Part shown: one piece after another, positions 36,701 through 51,069 of the stretch | Layout of the letters: every line of letters starts with the position of its first letter | Position numbering within the stretch: the stretch's first letter is position 1 | From: Rhynchobatus australiae | Taxonomy: Eukaryota | NCBI GenBank assembly: GCA_034780895.1 | Contig: JAUZTB010000079.1 | Location: 13,405,732-13,469,731, forward strand | Direction: 5' to 3' | Length of the DNA stretch: 64,000 bases | Position numbers and translations under genes: made by a program | Notes under the pieces: generated by a model | What the model saw: the letters and a program-made list of their open reading frames with translations, nothing else | The model's database searches: none | Told to the model about the DNA's origin: nothing

Positions 36701-38724
36701 GACACTGTTACATTTGAAAGCGGTGCTAGCAAATTCCAGGAGGAACAGCAAAGGACAACTTAATGCACCCCATTGGTTAGAAAGTGTACTCAAATATATG
36801 TTGCACTGGAAGTACCCACTATTTCAGAGGCTAAGACCATTCTAAAATTGCTCCAACTGAAATTCTAACTGCCAGTGCAATCTTGAAGCCAATACATAAC
36901 TGCCCACTGTGAGGAAAATCTGTGATGTGTTTGTTGCAAGAGCAGTAGCTCTATAGAAGCAAATTATCCAGTCACATACAACCCAATGAAACGGATGGAG
37001 CCATGTGTGCAAGTGAAAGCAGTGGGAAAATGCTTTTCCAGAAGCCAGGTGACACTGGAATAATCAGGCGCAAAGAAAAGTTAAAATCCAGAAAAGCCCA
37101 TTTCTGATGAAGATTTGTTCCAAGAGTCCACAACAAGATTGAGTTTAATATTAGCATCTATTAAGTGGCATAACATTTGTACTTGCACACTTTAGAAACC
37201 AGCACCTCAGATGTAAACATATGGAACATTTTGTATACAAGGAGAGGTCAACTCTTTTCAAATTTATGCACAGTAAACTGTTTAAAGGCCCAAAGAACTA
37301 CTTCAACCACACTCAAGTGGATAATCAATAGCCACCATTTTGCACAATGTGTGCCAGTGAATAGAAAGGGTGAGCATTGTGATACATTTGAGGAACCAAT
37401 TTAAAAAGGCATGTAACATTGAAATAGAAAAAGAAATCCTGCAGAAGTTTGTAATGTAGAGGAAATGTTTGGCCCATGAAAATGTACAGCTAAGTGCCAA
37501 CAAGAGCTCACTCAAAGTAAACTGGTTGTGAAGTACTCTGATGTCCCGGGGATGTGAAAGGCACTATAAAATGCTGGCTCTTCCTTTCTCTGGTTTATTT
37601 ACTGCACAAGTTACAGGATGTGGAAAAGGCAAAATGGTTTTCTATTATTTCTCTAAATAATTAAATAGAAGCATCGACTAAAACATGCATTTGGTTCAAA
37701 TGTGCGTGACGCACTACAAATTACCTCATTAACAGGGCAACAGTGTATGTACTATTTAAGTAAAAGGAAACAGAACCAATGCACTTTGCTCTAACTGATA
37801 CTGAGCAGTCTGTCTGGATGGGGGTATTGGCTGCCAACCCAACTTCCCGTCAAGTACACACGCGATGCACAACCTGCCCTGAAAGGTTATCAGTAGACTT
37901 GCAGCACAACCCTAAAACTGCTGGTGTGATAAACTATAAAGGAAAAGAATCAAGGTCACACCAGTGTGTATTCAACAGTAACACTCCACCTCAATGAAGG
38001 AAATTTACTTGAATTGAAGCCAATACTAACTACAACCAGATTACTGCAATAAAATTTTCTCATCACTGAAAGGCAATTCATTTTTTCCACACTGCAGGAC
38101 AGCAATGTATCACATCAACATGTAATTAAAACATAAAACGTTAGCTCGACCTGGTAAAAGCGACATACAGATGAACCATGCACAGAGATAGATTTTCCAC
38201 AGTTTGATGGCAATACAAATAGCTATGGGCAATGACTGAAAAGATCTCATGGCTACATCTTTAAAATATCTGAATGGATATTCAGCGAAACCAGAATACA
38301 CTCAGCAAGAACACTTCCATAGTGAATTAATCTGCCAACTTTTCCATGTGAAAGGCATCATCAAGACACTAGATGGCAAGCAGAGTTGAGTTGTTGCTAC
38401 TGCACTCAGGGAGAATGCTGAACTACTGATGCAGAAACATGTTCAAATTTCACCACAGCAGTTGTGGCACTTAAATTCAAGTCATTTAGTAAACCTGATA
38501 TTTATTAAACATGCAAGAACAATACATACAACAATTCTGTACTTTCATAGTTGCTGTTAAAATGCATCTGGTTTACTGATACCCTTCAAGTAAAAAAAAT
38601 CTACAATCTTTATCTGGTCTGGCCTATTATAAGTCTTCAGATCCTGTAAAAGGGTTGATCCTTAACTGCCTCATCAGTAGAGGATAAATTAGGAATGGAC
38701 CATAAATGGTAATATTGCTAGCAA

Positions 38725-39485
38725 CATCCTTATCTAGCAATCTCTTGAATTTGACCAATGTACCTGCCTCCACCACTAACTCAGGCAGCGCATTCCATGC
38801 CCCCACCACTCTGTGGGTAAAAAAATCTCCCTCTGATATCTCCCTTGAACTTCCCACCCATTACTTTAAAGCCATGCCCTCTTGTATTGAGCACTGGTGC
38901 CCTGGGNNNNNNNNNNNNNNNNNNNNNNNNNNNNNNNNNNNNNNNNNNNNNNNNNNNNNNNNNNNNNNNNNNNNNNNNNNNNNNNNNNNNNNNNNNNNNN
39001 NNNNNNTTGGTTCAAGAACCAAATGGTTGAAGGGAAGTAGCTGTTCCTGAACCTGGTGGTGTGGGACTTCAGGCTTCTGTACCCCCTGCCTGATAGTAGC
39101 TGTGAGGAGATAGCATGGCCCGGATGGTGGGGATCTTTAATGATGGATTTTGCCTTCTTGAGGCAGCACCTCTTGTAGATACTTTTGATGATGGCGAGGG
39201 ACGTGCAGGTCAGTTCAAGAAGAGCACAACAAGCTCCCACAAACAGCAATTGATAATTTGTTGTCAAGGAGGTTGAAAGGGGAGAGCCCCTCCGCTTTTT
39301 GTCAAGTATCCACGGGCTCTCTCCCTTCCACATGAGGGTGCAGACCAAACTGGCTTCACTGACAGTTCAGCACTCCTTCAGTACTGCAATGGAGACTTTG
39401 CTTGAAATCTGTGCTTAGATATTTGGCATGGGGCATGAAACCACAACTGTGACTCAGAGCAAAAGTGCTACTAACTGAGCCAATA
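38725..39485 (-). mobile_element. Cluster of CR1 (38725-38906), Rex1 (39007-39205) and Deu-SINE (39215-39485) fragments
   Basis: Minus peptides FFTHRVVGAWNALPELVVEAG (CR1) and IKDPHHPGHA...SGRGYRSLKSHTTRFRNSYFP (Rex1), plus the Deu motifs caagctcccacaaacagcaat and cagcactccttcagtactgca. Confidence 0.7.
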
Positions 39486-39869
39486 CCTAATTACTCTACA
39501 GATATGCAAATAAGGTGTGAGGAGTGGGAGGAGCCAGCAAATGCATTGATACCACTCATACAGCATCACTTTCTTCTGGGATATAGCTTATGTTCTAAAA
39601 TTAATTCATAGAAACACAGACATAAAATAGTCTGAATAACAAGCTGAGACTGACAGAATCAGGGATTTTGATGATTGCTTGGTGAATGACCCTGCTTTAG
39701 AATTAGAATTAAAATTAATGCAGTAGTTTTCTGGTGTGTAAAATCTTTAGTGGCTTAAATAAGCCTTTTCTTTATATCTCGCCAAGTCTGTTAATCTTTA
39801 GCTGTGTCACACGGATAATCCAAATTCCTAGAGACAATGTTACTTCAACCTGTGCAATCCTAGATTAAG

Positions 39870-40115
39870 TTATAGAGTCATACAGCATGGAAATAGGCCC
39901 TTCCGTCCAACTCGTCCATGCCCATCCAAGCTTAGTCCCATTTGCCTGCATTTGGCCCATATCCCTCTGAACCTTTCCTATCCACACACCTGTCCATGTG
40001 CCTTTCAAATGTTATTGTACCTGCCTCAACCAATTCCTCTGGCAGCTCGTTCCATGTACCTTGATGTGAAGAAGTTGCCCCTCATGTCCCTTTTAAATCT
40101 TTCCCCTCTCACCTT
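39870..40115 (-). mobile_element. CR1 LINE 3' end
   Basis: agagtcatacagcatggaaataggcccttcc...gtacctgcctcaacc...cccctctcacctt. Confidence 0.75.
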
Positions 40116-40239
40116 GCTCTGAGTTATGCTTCTAATTGAACACTCAAACTGGAATTTGAGGGCCATGTTCTGCACATCTGTAGTTAGTTTATGAGTTAGC
40201 TATGAATGTTGAATGATGGCTTGGTGAAAGTATTCAATA

Positions 40240-40600
40240 TGGTATGAGCGGGGAGGTTATGTCAAACCTGTACAAAACACTGGTTAGGCCACAACGGAAT
40301 ACTGCATACCATTCTGGTCACTTAATTTCAGGAAGGATGTGAAGACCCCAGAGGGGGTGCAGAAAAGATTTACTTGAATTGTTCCAGTGATGAGGGATTT
40401 TAGCTCTAAGGTTGTTCTTTGCAGAGCAAAGAAGTTTGAAAAGAGATTTGATAGCGATGTACAAGATCATGGCTCATTTAGAAAGGGTAAATAGAGGGAA
40501 CCTTTCCCATTAGCAGATGATTCAAAAACCAGTGGACCTATATGGAAATTTTGGGCAAAGGATGCAAGACAGGGGTGAGAACCTTTTACTCAGACATGGG
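40240..40600 (+). mobile_element. CR1 LINE ORF2 C-terminal fragment
   Basis: ctgtacaaaacactggttaggccacaacggaatactgc...ttctggtcac...aggaaggatgtg...gtgcagaaaagatttac (LYKTLVRP..EYC...FWS). Confidence 0.7.
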
Positions 40601-40664
40601 AATGATTCAAAGCTGGCTGCCTTTAGCATTTCTTTCTTTTTGCACTACTTCAGATTGCACTACT

Positions 40665-41262
40665 ATTTGGTATTGGTTTATTATTGTCACTTGTACTGAG
40701 GTACAGTAAAAAATTTGTCTTGCATACTGTTCATATAGATCAATTCATTACACAGTGCATTGAGGTAGTACAAGGTAAAAACAATACAGAATACAGAGTA
40801 AAGTGTCACAGCTACAGAGGAAGTGCAGTGCAGGTAGACAATAAGGTGCATGGTCATTACAAGGTAGATTGTGAGATCAAGAGTCCATCTAATAGTATAA
40901 GGGAACCGTTCAATAGTCTTATCACCATGAGATAGAAGCTGTCCTTGAATCTGGTGGTATGTGCCCTCAGGCTCCTGTATCTTCTGCCTGATGGGAGAGG
41001 GGAGAAGAGAGAATGACCCAGGTGGCTGGGGCTTTTGATTATGCTGGCTACTCCGCGAAGGCAGCGAGAGGTATAGACAGAGTCCATGGAGGGGAGACTG
41101 ATTTCCGTGACGCACTGGGCTGTGCCCACAACTCTCTGCAGTTTCTTACAGTCCCGGGCAGGGCAGTTGCCCTACCAAGCTGTGATGTATCCACATAGGA
41201 TGCTTTCTATGGTGCATTGATAAAAGTTGGTGAGTGTCAAAGGGGACATGCCAAATTTCTTC
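40665..41262 (-). mobile_element. Rex1/Babar-clade LINE, 5'-truncated
   Basis: Minus peptides LTNFYQCTIESILCGYITAW and SHLGHSLFSPLPSGRRYRSLRAHTTRFKDSFY...IRLLN, plus the 3' tail. Confidence 0.8.
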
Positions 41263-43269
41263 TGACCACCCCTCCGCCCCCACAAATCCCTTTTAAAACA
41301 CTGAAATCCAGGAATATTCAGTATCCATTCCTGCCCTGGTGACAGCCAAGTCTGCAAGATCCACAGTATCATAGTTGGATGGATCTCAAATTATCCAAGG
41401 GCAACAGGGTAACAATGGACAAATTTCTTCCTGCAGCCATACATCATAAACTTTAGGCTAACAACGAGCTGAAGATCAATCTAACCCCTCACTCCACAGC
41501 TTACAATTGCTGCAACCTTCACAAGAAAACACAGCTTTGGAAAGAAACATTAGAGAAGGCTCATCAGACCCAGTAGGAAAGGGAAATAGCGTAAAACTTG
41601 GAAGTACCTTGTATGGTATACTGCAGCTTGGTGGACCAAGGAACTAGAGTGGGTCATTATCCTTTCAAGCCTCTTAAAATACACGATAGTTCAACTATAA
41701 TTAATTCTACATATCCAGCTTCCCCACCCCGTACCCCCATATCCCATCATAATCCATGGCTAACTGCATTTTCAGGAGTATTTCTGGATCATCCACAGCA
41801 TTCAATTCTGCTATTCCTTATAGTACAAGTAAAATTGAAAGTTCTATGTTGCAAGTACTTCCCAAAATAACATATTGGCTTACTGCAGCTAATTTTTCTC
41901 TGTAATGTACAAACAGTTCAGTTGTTTCCAAAGTATAACAGTGTTGTACCATATATAACAGGTGAAAGCAGTTAAATCACTAGGTTTTACAATATTCCAC
42001 AACAATATATGTATTTTTAGTCCATCTGCTGAAATGACTCCTGATATCCCAATAGAAGCCAGTTAATTAATTGCCAGTATTTTTCTCTCGACTCTTCAGA
42101 GCATGCTTTGGAAAAATCAAAAAATGAATGGAAGTGTGTACTACATTTTCACAGCTCCAGAAAATTACCAAAATTCATAATGCAGCTTTATAGAAAAATT
42201 AAATAGAAAATAGCTTATAGTATAGGTGTGGCAAAATTACAGATATTGAAATTTTCAACCAAAAACTAACAACAATTTTGATGATCAGTATGGTGCACAT
42301 GTAGATTTTACCAGATGCCTGCAAAGCACCAAACTGTAAAACATTGATACCAAAAATATGAATTAGAATTAACCTTGCAACACTGGTAATTCAAGTTCTA
42401 CATTTCAATTGTCTCAGTCACCAACTCTAATTATAACCCTGCGCAAAACCAATTAGGTGCACTACCTGAAGATCAGTATTCATGATCGTAAGATTAAAAG
42501 GGTGTACTTGACAAACTCAGAAACATACTTTCCTCACAAAAATATAATTAGATATCAGGCAGAACACCTTTTTTAAAATTCACACATCACATTGGCCAAC
42601 ACTGCAGTTTGCCTAATATTATATGCAACTCACTTGACTATAACAATAAAGCATATACAAGTTTCCAATTTTAAACCATCCTGTACCTTCCCCAAATCAT
42701 GTTGTAGAACCATGCTGCAAAACCTGCCTTCCAAAATCAGACCATTTTGAGGAGCTATGCTCCACAGTATGTCATTAAATGGTATCTTAAACATTCTGGC
42801 TTCAACTTCAATGTATAATGTACATAATATCAAAGTATTTCTACAGAAAAATAACTTGTGCCTTTTTCTGTATCTTGAAAAGCCTGTGCTTTCATCATAA
42901 GTAACTGATGGTACAATCTGGCTTCACAAATGGTCTTGAGATTATAGCAAGTTTGCATAAAAATGGTGTTCAATTTTTAATCATATTGCACAATGGTGAT
43001 AACTACTTTAATATTTCTGATGTTTTGAACAAGGAATCAAAATTGTTTTCCTGTGCAACTTCCACCTTCCCCCCTTCATGGTGCAGTAGAGGATAAATGC
43101 AGCGGGTATGATCTAGCAAATAAACTCCAAAGCATAAAAGCAAATCCAGATGATTACAGAGTCGAGATCAAGTCTGACTGAGCCGAACCAAAATCTCAAT
43201 GAATGCATACAGACCCAAGCCTCAAAAGCAGCTTCAATATAGTTATAATTGGTCTCATACCAGCTTATA

Positions 43270-43610
43270 ACTAAGTGTTTTCAAAGAGCAATCACTTTTA
43301 TCATGTAGTAAACTGTCAGCAAATATGCACATCACAAGCATACTGGCTGCCAGGATGACCAGATCAGTTGATATACCGTTGATCGTGGGATAAATATTGT
43401 GACTGGGGTTGATGCCCTTGCTCTAAAATAGTTCCATGTAATTCCTTACATTCGTCTGAGAGCAGACTTAGCTCAGTACTACACTGAAGTGTCAGCCTAG
43501 ATCTTAATGTTGAGGTATGTGAAGTAAGATTTAAACCCCTAAATTAAACAGGAGCCCATCTACCTAAGTGAACCCACAGCCTTCTAAGGCAAAAGTACTA
43601 CCCACTCAGC
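43270..43610 (-). mobile_element. Deu-domain SINE, degenerate
   Basis: gggataaatattg...ttgctctaaaatagttccatg...ctcagtactacactgaagtgtcagcctagat...tacccactcagccac. Confidence 0.6.
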
Positions 43611-45954
43611 CACACCTGATACTTGACTGGTGATTAGAACTTTTTGGGAGAAGGAAACAATTTTAATTTTATTGCTAAGATGTTGAACAAGCTGTTAGTC
43701 TTCCAGTACTGTGAACCTACAAAGACTGCAGGCCATCACTGGGTTATGAACATGTTCTGTTTTTTTTAAACAGACACCCATAAGTTAGTTTTGTCCACAA
43801 ATCAGAAAATACACAAAATCACTCCATACTGTAAACACACCTCCACAGCATCCTAATGAATAGTGTTGATAAGGGACCAACAAACATTTGTTGTCTTCTC
43901 CTGCCTAGTTATAATGGTACAGTATTAGCACATCCCACAATCAATGGCTGGTTTCAAAGAGCTTGAAATATCAATGAATGCTACATTGTTTTATAGAGTA
44001 TCAATAGAAGCAATTGCTTGCCAATTTCCAAAGCAACTCTCAAGTGGCCTCCCACAGTGAAAATGGCAGTGTATTCTTGAAACAATGGTGTCTGATTACT
44101 GTGGGGAGGTTACATGCAAACAGGTTTAATTTTCAAGACTGGTTCTTGTTTGAATTTAACAATATTTATAGTAGTTCGCTCATATGTATAGGTATCCATA
44201 AGTCAGCTGTTCATAATCCCTGGAAGGCCTGTATACACGTTTCAAATTCAAACCAGAGTATCAAGGAATAAAAGTTCACCTTTAATTTTCAGATTTAGTA
44301 TTTTTGGAACTCCATACAAGTTAACATGCGTCAAACAGTCAAAATGCACACGTTAACATTTGCAGAAATAAAATAAATTTTTAAATCAGGCAAGTGCTTT
44401 ATTGCAAACTACTGAATTCTTTAAAATTAAATCAACAGTTCAACAATCTACTTTGCTCTCATTATAGAGCCACAATTTTCCCCCACAGGGGAGCACAGAG
44501 GACAACCAAATTGATGAAATTATGAAGTGCTTCAAAACTTTAGTATTGGGTCTAGGAAAATATAAACCACAATTTTTTTTGCTCTCTCCTAGCTTATTTG
44601 TCTAAACAGTCCTCTTCTGAGGAAGGGAGGAAGAAAACAGTTTTCTAGCTTATACTAAGAAATGGATGAACAGAGTGCATCATTTCAACCTTCTTTCCAT
44701 CAACAATATACAGATTAACAACAGCCTGGTATCAATAAGCATGTAAACAAAAATACTTGTACCACATGCATCAGTTCCTGTGATTGACTGAGTTGATATA
44801 CCTGCTCATGGGATCAAGGCTTTGATCAAATTAACAGTTCTCCACGTTGGTCTATTATAAGCACTGATGAATGTACTAAACTTCAGACAGACTGAATTCC
44901 AAAACAGATTAATCCTTTAGTTGGTGTTCTATAAACTAGTTGTACAGATAACCACTTTGCCCATTGAGTAATTCTGTAATTACAATAAGACACTCAATCC
45001 TTTCAGCACTCATGTTACTGTGATACGGGACAGAGTCATAATATTTTCTCTTTGATGAGCATCATTAATTGAACAAAGATTTCACAGCTTTGGTTACTTA
45101 TTATAAAACATGGCTTGCAGTTGGAAATTATTATTTCCTACTACCAAGTGCAACTTGCATTTATGTAATACCCTCAAGTCCCAAAGGCAAATCAGTTATA
45201 TTAGTCCAAATCTGACACCAAACTGTAGAAGCAGAGTTACCTAAAGGCTACCTAAGGGAGCATTTTAGGTAACCTGCTTAGAAAAAAAAACAGGTGGATA
45301 GGTAGGAAGGAATGCCAGAACTTGTAACCAAAGCATCTGAAATTGTGATCAGTGGTGGTGCAATTAAAATTGAACGTGTGTAGGATGGCAAAACTAGGAG
45401 TACAGAGAATGCCAAAGCTTCTAACACAAAGATATAGGATGATGGGTGAAGTCTGGGATAATCCTATGGAAGGATTGGATAACTGAGGCACTGTTGAACT
45501 GAGACCCAGTATAGATAAGCAAGCATAGAGTGATGGGTAAACTTATACATATCTGTACTTGCAAGTTGCCATTCAACTGAAAAATAATAATTTGGGACTG
45601 TTGACATTATACACAACATTGAGCTGGTCAAAACATTCAGCGTAACACAAGTTCAGTGAATCCCTCTGAAAATGGCAGCATTGAGTTTGAGCTAGAACAC
45701 TTGATGCCCTCTTTCAAATCCATTTGTTCAAACTACTCCCATTCTGGGAGTAGTCTCAGTTTTCCCTTGAAGCCTTTAAAATCTTTACACTTCTGGGATA
45801 GCTGTTTGGAGATCTGAGGGAAAATGGCCTTTCAACTAACCTCATGTCTAGCAGACAATGAAGCTTTATTAAACTTTCCCAATTTGGGCATTGTGTCAAT
45901 GCAGCACAAGCAAGAACAGGCCAGTCTCAACTAAATCCCAAAATGATAAATTAT

Positions 45955-46258
45955 AGAGTCAGAGAGCATGAAGACATGGCCTTCATACCAACCAACAAGC
46001 ACCCCACCTACATTAATCCCATTAAATTTGCCTGCTTCCCTCAATGCCCACCCCGCCCCCAAATTCTACCATTCACCTCAACTAGGGGCAATCTACAGGT
46101 GCCATTTAATCCACCAATCTGCACATCTTTTGGAACATGGGAAGAAACAGGAGCACCTAGGTGAAAGCCATGTGGTCACAGGGAGAATGTTAACCAGAAA
46201 TTAGGATTAAACCCAGGTCACTGGAGTTAAGGCAGTAGTGCTACAAGCTGTGCCACTT
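45955..46258 (-). mobile_element. V-SINE (HE1-like), degenerate
   Basis: tgggaagaaacaggagcacctaggtgaaagccatgtggtcacagggagaatgt is the reverse of the V-domain core. The tRNA-like head lies at ~46200-46258. Confidence 0.65.
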
Positions 46259-47169
46259 GGGTGCCTCATGATTGTTAGTACTCCACTTAGTGTTACTTGA
46301 AAGTGACATTATACAGTAATGCACTGAGGGAGAATTATGGTACAGACAGATGCCAAAGTCAAATGATGCGGACTGATATTATGATTGTCTTGTTTTTTAA
46401 GAAAATCTACTGAGTTTATGAAGATGCAACTCCAAGAGAGCCATGATCAATTGATCTGATTTTGCAAAGGTATGCTCAGAATTCAGTTCTAGGGAAATGG
46501 CATTTTATACACAGAACACACAAAAATTTGTGCTGAAGTTTCATATGGTCAAATGTGGTGCGTGTGCCAGGAATGAGTCACCTTGGGGCAAGATTATCCA
46601 ACTTTAACGNNNNNNNNNNNNNNNNNNNNNNNNNNNNNNNNNNNNNNNNNNNNNNNNNNNNNNNNNNNNNNNNNNNNNNNNNNNNNNNNNNNNNNNNNNN
46701 NNNNNNNNNCTGAAGTTTCATATGGTCAAATGTGGTGCGTGTGCCAGGAATGAGTCACCTTGGGGCAAGATTATCCAACTTTAACGCCTTCAATCCAGTA
46801 CAAGAAAGCAGACTCTCCTTCACTAAAGGACACCTGGAATAAACAGCTCTCATGTTACAAACACATAACAACAGTTACACAGCAACAGTTTCAGATAGGA
46901 GAGGATCTTTGGTCCATCTGACACACCCCTACAGAACAATTGAAAATAATTGGTTAACGTCCACATTAAAACAGTGGACAAAGAATTGCAGGCACTTTTG
47001 TCCAGTTTTAATGTGGATGTTAGCCAATTTATTTTCAACTCTTCCAACTCCCACCCTAACCTTTCAATCTACTATAGTTACAGAAGCAATGACAGAGAAT
47101 TGGAGGACTGTGAATGCTGTACCATTGTTTAATTAAGCGGTGTTTAAAGGCAAGTTAGTTTAATCAGTA

Positions 47170-48400
47170 ATAAGCAAATTATTGAAAACTAATTTTAAGG
47201 GGCAATTTAAATCCTTATTTTGAAAAATCATTAAGCAGAAACTGTCAGCATGGATGTCAAGGGAAGGTCCTTGAGTGACTGACTGGGTTGATTTTATCAA
47301 TGAGGAGAGTGCACTTGAGGTAGTTTTCATGAATTTCAGCAAAGCCTTTGACATGGTCCCACACAGCAAGGTTGGCAAAATATGTCAATGGAATTCAAGG
47401 GAGTCAGGAAAACTGGACTCAAAATTAGCTTAGTGGTAGGAAGCAAAGGGCAATGGCTGATGGGCATTTTAAATCACTGGAAGGCTGGTTATCAGTGGAA
47501 TTCCACAGGGCTCAGTACTTGATTATTGTAATACAGTAATTAATATTTAAATAGAGGAATGAGAGAATTTTACAGATAATACAAAAAATGCTTGTAAGGT
47601 TGACTTGAGGAAAGCTTTAGAATATAGGAAGATACAGATGGCCTGATCAGTTAAGCACAAAAGAGGAAAAGTACATTTAATACAGTTAAGTATGAGGTTA
47701 TCTTTTCAGAGAGGTGCAACAAAGTACTGAATACACAATAAATAGGAGCACATCAAATGCGGTGGAGGAAAAGTATCTGTTTTCATCCACACAGGATATA
47801 GAGGTAGTCTATAATGGTGGTTAATATGCCATGTGAGATACTTTCCTTTTAATTAAAAACACGTGATCAAGAGAATGTTATGCTAGAACTGCATACAATA
47901 CTTGTTGAACCATGGCTGAAGTATAGCATACAACTCTGGCTATATATCACAGGCAAATGTCATTACACAGGAGAGAACGCAAAGGAGATTTACAAGGCTA
48001 TTGCCAGGACTGGAACATTGTGTACTTAATAGGGTATTTTAAGAGACTGCTGGATAGATACATGGAGCTGAGTAAAACAGAGGGCTATGGGTTAGCCTAG
48101 TAATTTCTAGAGTAGGGACATCAGGGAGGCCCAGCTTTGTGGGCTGAAGGGCCTGAATTGTGTTATAGTTTTTCTATGTTTCTGTGTTAAAGCCTGGATA
48201 AGCTAGAGTCAGTCACTTCAACAAAGGAGACCAAGGGAAATTTAATTAGAGGTGTATAAAACCATGGAAGGTAAAAGAGTAGACAGAAAGGACTTAATTT
48301 TCTTAATTGAGTATTTAAAACCTGGAAGCCTCAGATTTTAAGTTATTGAGAGAAGATTTAGAAATGAAGAACATTTTCACCCAGAAAATGGAAGGGGTGT
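47170..48400 (+). mobile_element. Degenerate CR1 LINE reverse-transcriptase region, with a nested CR1 tail (~48030-48187)
   Basis: aatttcagcaaagcctttgacatggtcccacac (NFSKAFDMVPH), agtggaattccacagggctcagtactt (SGIPQGSVL) and tttacagataatacaaaa (decayed FADD motif). Confidence 0.75.
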
Positions 48401-50029
48401 CGAGCTATGTCTGAAAACCCAACTCTCCCCCATTTGATGTGCTCCCATTTACTGCATATTGGGTATCTTGTTGCACTTCTCCTAAGCTGTACTAAGTTCT
48501 ATTTTCCTCTTTTTCTGCTAAACTGACCAGGCCATCTACTTCTTCCTATATTCTAAAGCTTTCCTAAAATCAACCCTGCAGACATTTCCTTTCATGTATG
48601 TGTACGGGCAGGAACCCTACCACATTTAAAAAGTACTTGCATGGAGAATTAAACAGCCGTGACTTGCGGGTCTACAGATCAGCAGTTGAAAAGTGTGATT
48701 AGCTTGGGATGCTCTACTTTGATCAGCATGGATATAACAGGTCAAATGCCTCCTTTGTATCAAATATTCTGCAATGCCATACATGTGGTCTGAGTGTTCA
48801 CACATAAAATTGTAAGGAGCTGAAAATGCAAAGCAACATATCGAGGAAAAGTGTGGTAATGAAGGGAGCCAATGCTGCATTGGGAATTTAAGTATATTTG
48901 ACTACACAGAGGAAACTCGAAACAGATACTGATCTTCTTACGAAGTTTAGATGGATAAAGAACTCTAATTTCTGCTATCATGAGCATAAACTAAAACATC
49001 AGACCAAATTATAAAACAATGGTATATCAGAGAGAATTATCTGCTTCTACTACAATCTGACTGATCAAAAATAAAATTTAGAAGCCTTTGTGACATTCGA
49101 CCTGCTAAGGCCATATTGATACCAGTTAATAACATGACCGAAAAAGATATCCATGCATCTAAGTCAACTGCAAGCAAAGTAAAATGCACAAATGTTGGAT
49201 GAACAGCATCTGGTACTCATTACACCGTTGTTAACAGGACAAAGCTATCCACATGCACTTGATTATTTCACTGATTGTTGTTGATATAGAAGGTACTTGT
49301 ATCACTCAGTTTTCTATTGTAAACTAGGTGGAAGAGAAACAAATCTAAATTCTGCTACCAGATTTTTTCCCCCCAAGGATAAAGTTTCAGCATAGTTTTT
49401 TTTCCTCATTGCAAATATGTCAAACCTCAAGTTTAATTAATTGCTTCTTAGCACAGGGTTTTACTTTACAAATTCAGGAGATTACTACCTGCCAAATGTT
49501 CCAGTTAGTCATGTGAAAAACTTATTTGTTCCCATTCAAAGTTGGCAGCAAGTACCCTAAGCATATTAAATTGCAACCAGTGTAGTTTTCTGGAGTGCCA
49601 TATAATATAGCTAAAGATGACATTCAAGTTTGTCATTTTTCATTTGTATTCAAGTGGATTTTTAAACGTGCATGTGAAGAAAAACTAAAGGTGATAGAAA
49701 ACTGATAAAATGATCCAACTTATAATTACCAGTTCTAGTTACCCAGGGCTACAACCATTTGTCAATCCAGTAGACTTTATACAGTCTTACACACAGACAG
49801 TAATGGTGAAGGGAGAGAGAAATGGGCATACTCAAATGGAAATGCTTCACACAAAATTCTAACCCTAATGAGAACAAACTTCCTGTCTGCCATAAATCAG
49901 ATCAAAGAAGATTCCAATACATCAAGATGCAAAACACAATTGTTCATTAGCTCCCAAATACACTTCATAAACTAATCATAGAAACCCTTAAAGTTTTGAA
50001 AAATGTTGCTTACAATATAATTCTACACA

Positions 50030-50525
50030 ATATGTTGGCCTTTATTGCAAGAAAGTCTTGCGCAGTTTTAGTCTCCATAAGTAAAGGATTGGGCTTGGAG
50101 ATGGTGTAATGTAAACTCATTAGATTGATTAATGGGATGAGGGAGCTGCCAAAGAGAGACTGAAACTGATTGGCTTATGCTCTCACTAGAGTTTAAAGAA
50201 TGAGAGGTGACTTCATCGAGACAACTTTGAGAGAGATCAGCAGGAAGATGTTGACAGGCTCATTTCTCTGACTGGGAGTTCAAGACTCATGCGTTCAGTC
50301 TTGGAATGGGGAGGCAGCCATTTACTACAGAGGCAAGTAGAAATTTATTTTAGAATGCTGCAAGTCTTTGAAATTCTCTTCCCAAGTTGTCTGTTTATTC
50401 AAAGTTGAGATCAGTAACTGAGGTACATAGGAATCAACTGGAAAAGTGGATTTTGGATGGAGGATTGGCCATGACATTGAATGTCTGAGCTATTAAGGAG
50501 CCATATTGCCTACTTCTGTTTCTCA
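50030..50525 (+). mobile_element. Old CR1 LINE 3' region
   Basis: atgttggcctttattgcaag...ctagagtttaaagaatgagaggtgacttcatcgagac...gcctacttctgtttctc. Confidence 0.55.
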
Positions 50526-51069
50526 TTATCTTCTACAATCGATGCTGTTCCATTCTGTTATTACTGGAAACTTCAAACATGTTTATGTAAACATGCTTTG
50601 ACAGAAAATATATCTATTCTATATTAAAAGGCCTTAAATTGCATTCACTTCCTGTCGTGCACACTTATTTCCTCTGCCTATTTGTTTTCTCCTCATCAGT
50701 CACACAATCTTGATTCAGATTTTCAGTTTCTTTTAATCGATAGTACAGTTGCCGTCTTACCTTGCAAGACTCTCATGTTCCATCCTCATACTAGATAAAC
50801 CTTAGTGGCAGGCTTCATCCTAAGCCTTGCAGAAAAGAACTTTAATTACTTCAACTTAAAGTTCTCAACGATATACAATGTAGTCCTCTTCAATGCCAGC
50901 ATAGTTTAATCCAATCTCCATCACCCTCTTCTAATAATTGCGTAGTTTGGTCACCAATCTTTCCCTTTTGAAACCCTCCACTCTGGCTCATGGTGACATG
51001 GCACCAAGAAGGCTCAGAGTCACTAATGGCTTGGTTGTTAATACGGTAATCTAGTTGTCCTCCTCATGC

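Noticed and set aside
45732-45754. 9-bp stem hairpin actactccc-attct-gggagtagt
   Set aside because: Too short, the flanks do not extend convincingly, and intrinsic terminators are irrelevant in a vertebrate intron.
46530-46786. Exact ~77-bp direct duplication either side of a 100-N gap (similar cases at 51145-51398 and 8185-8315)
   Set aside because: Identical sequence flanking fixed-size gaps is typical of unmerged contig overlaps, not biological tandem repeats.
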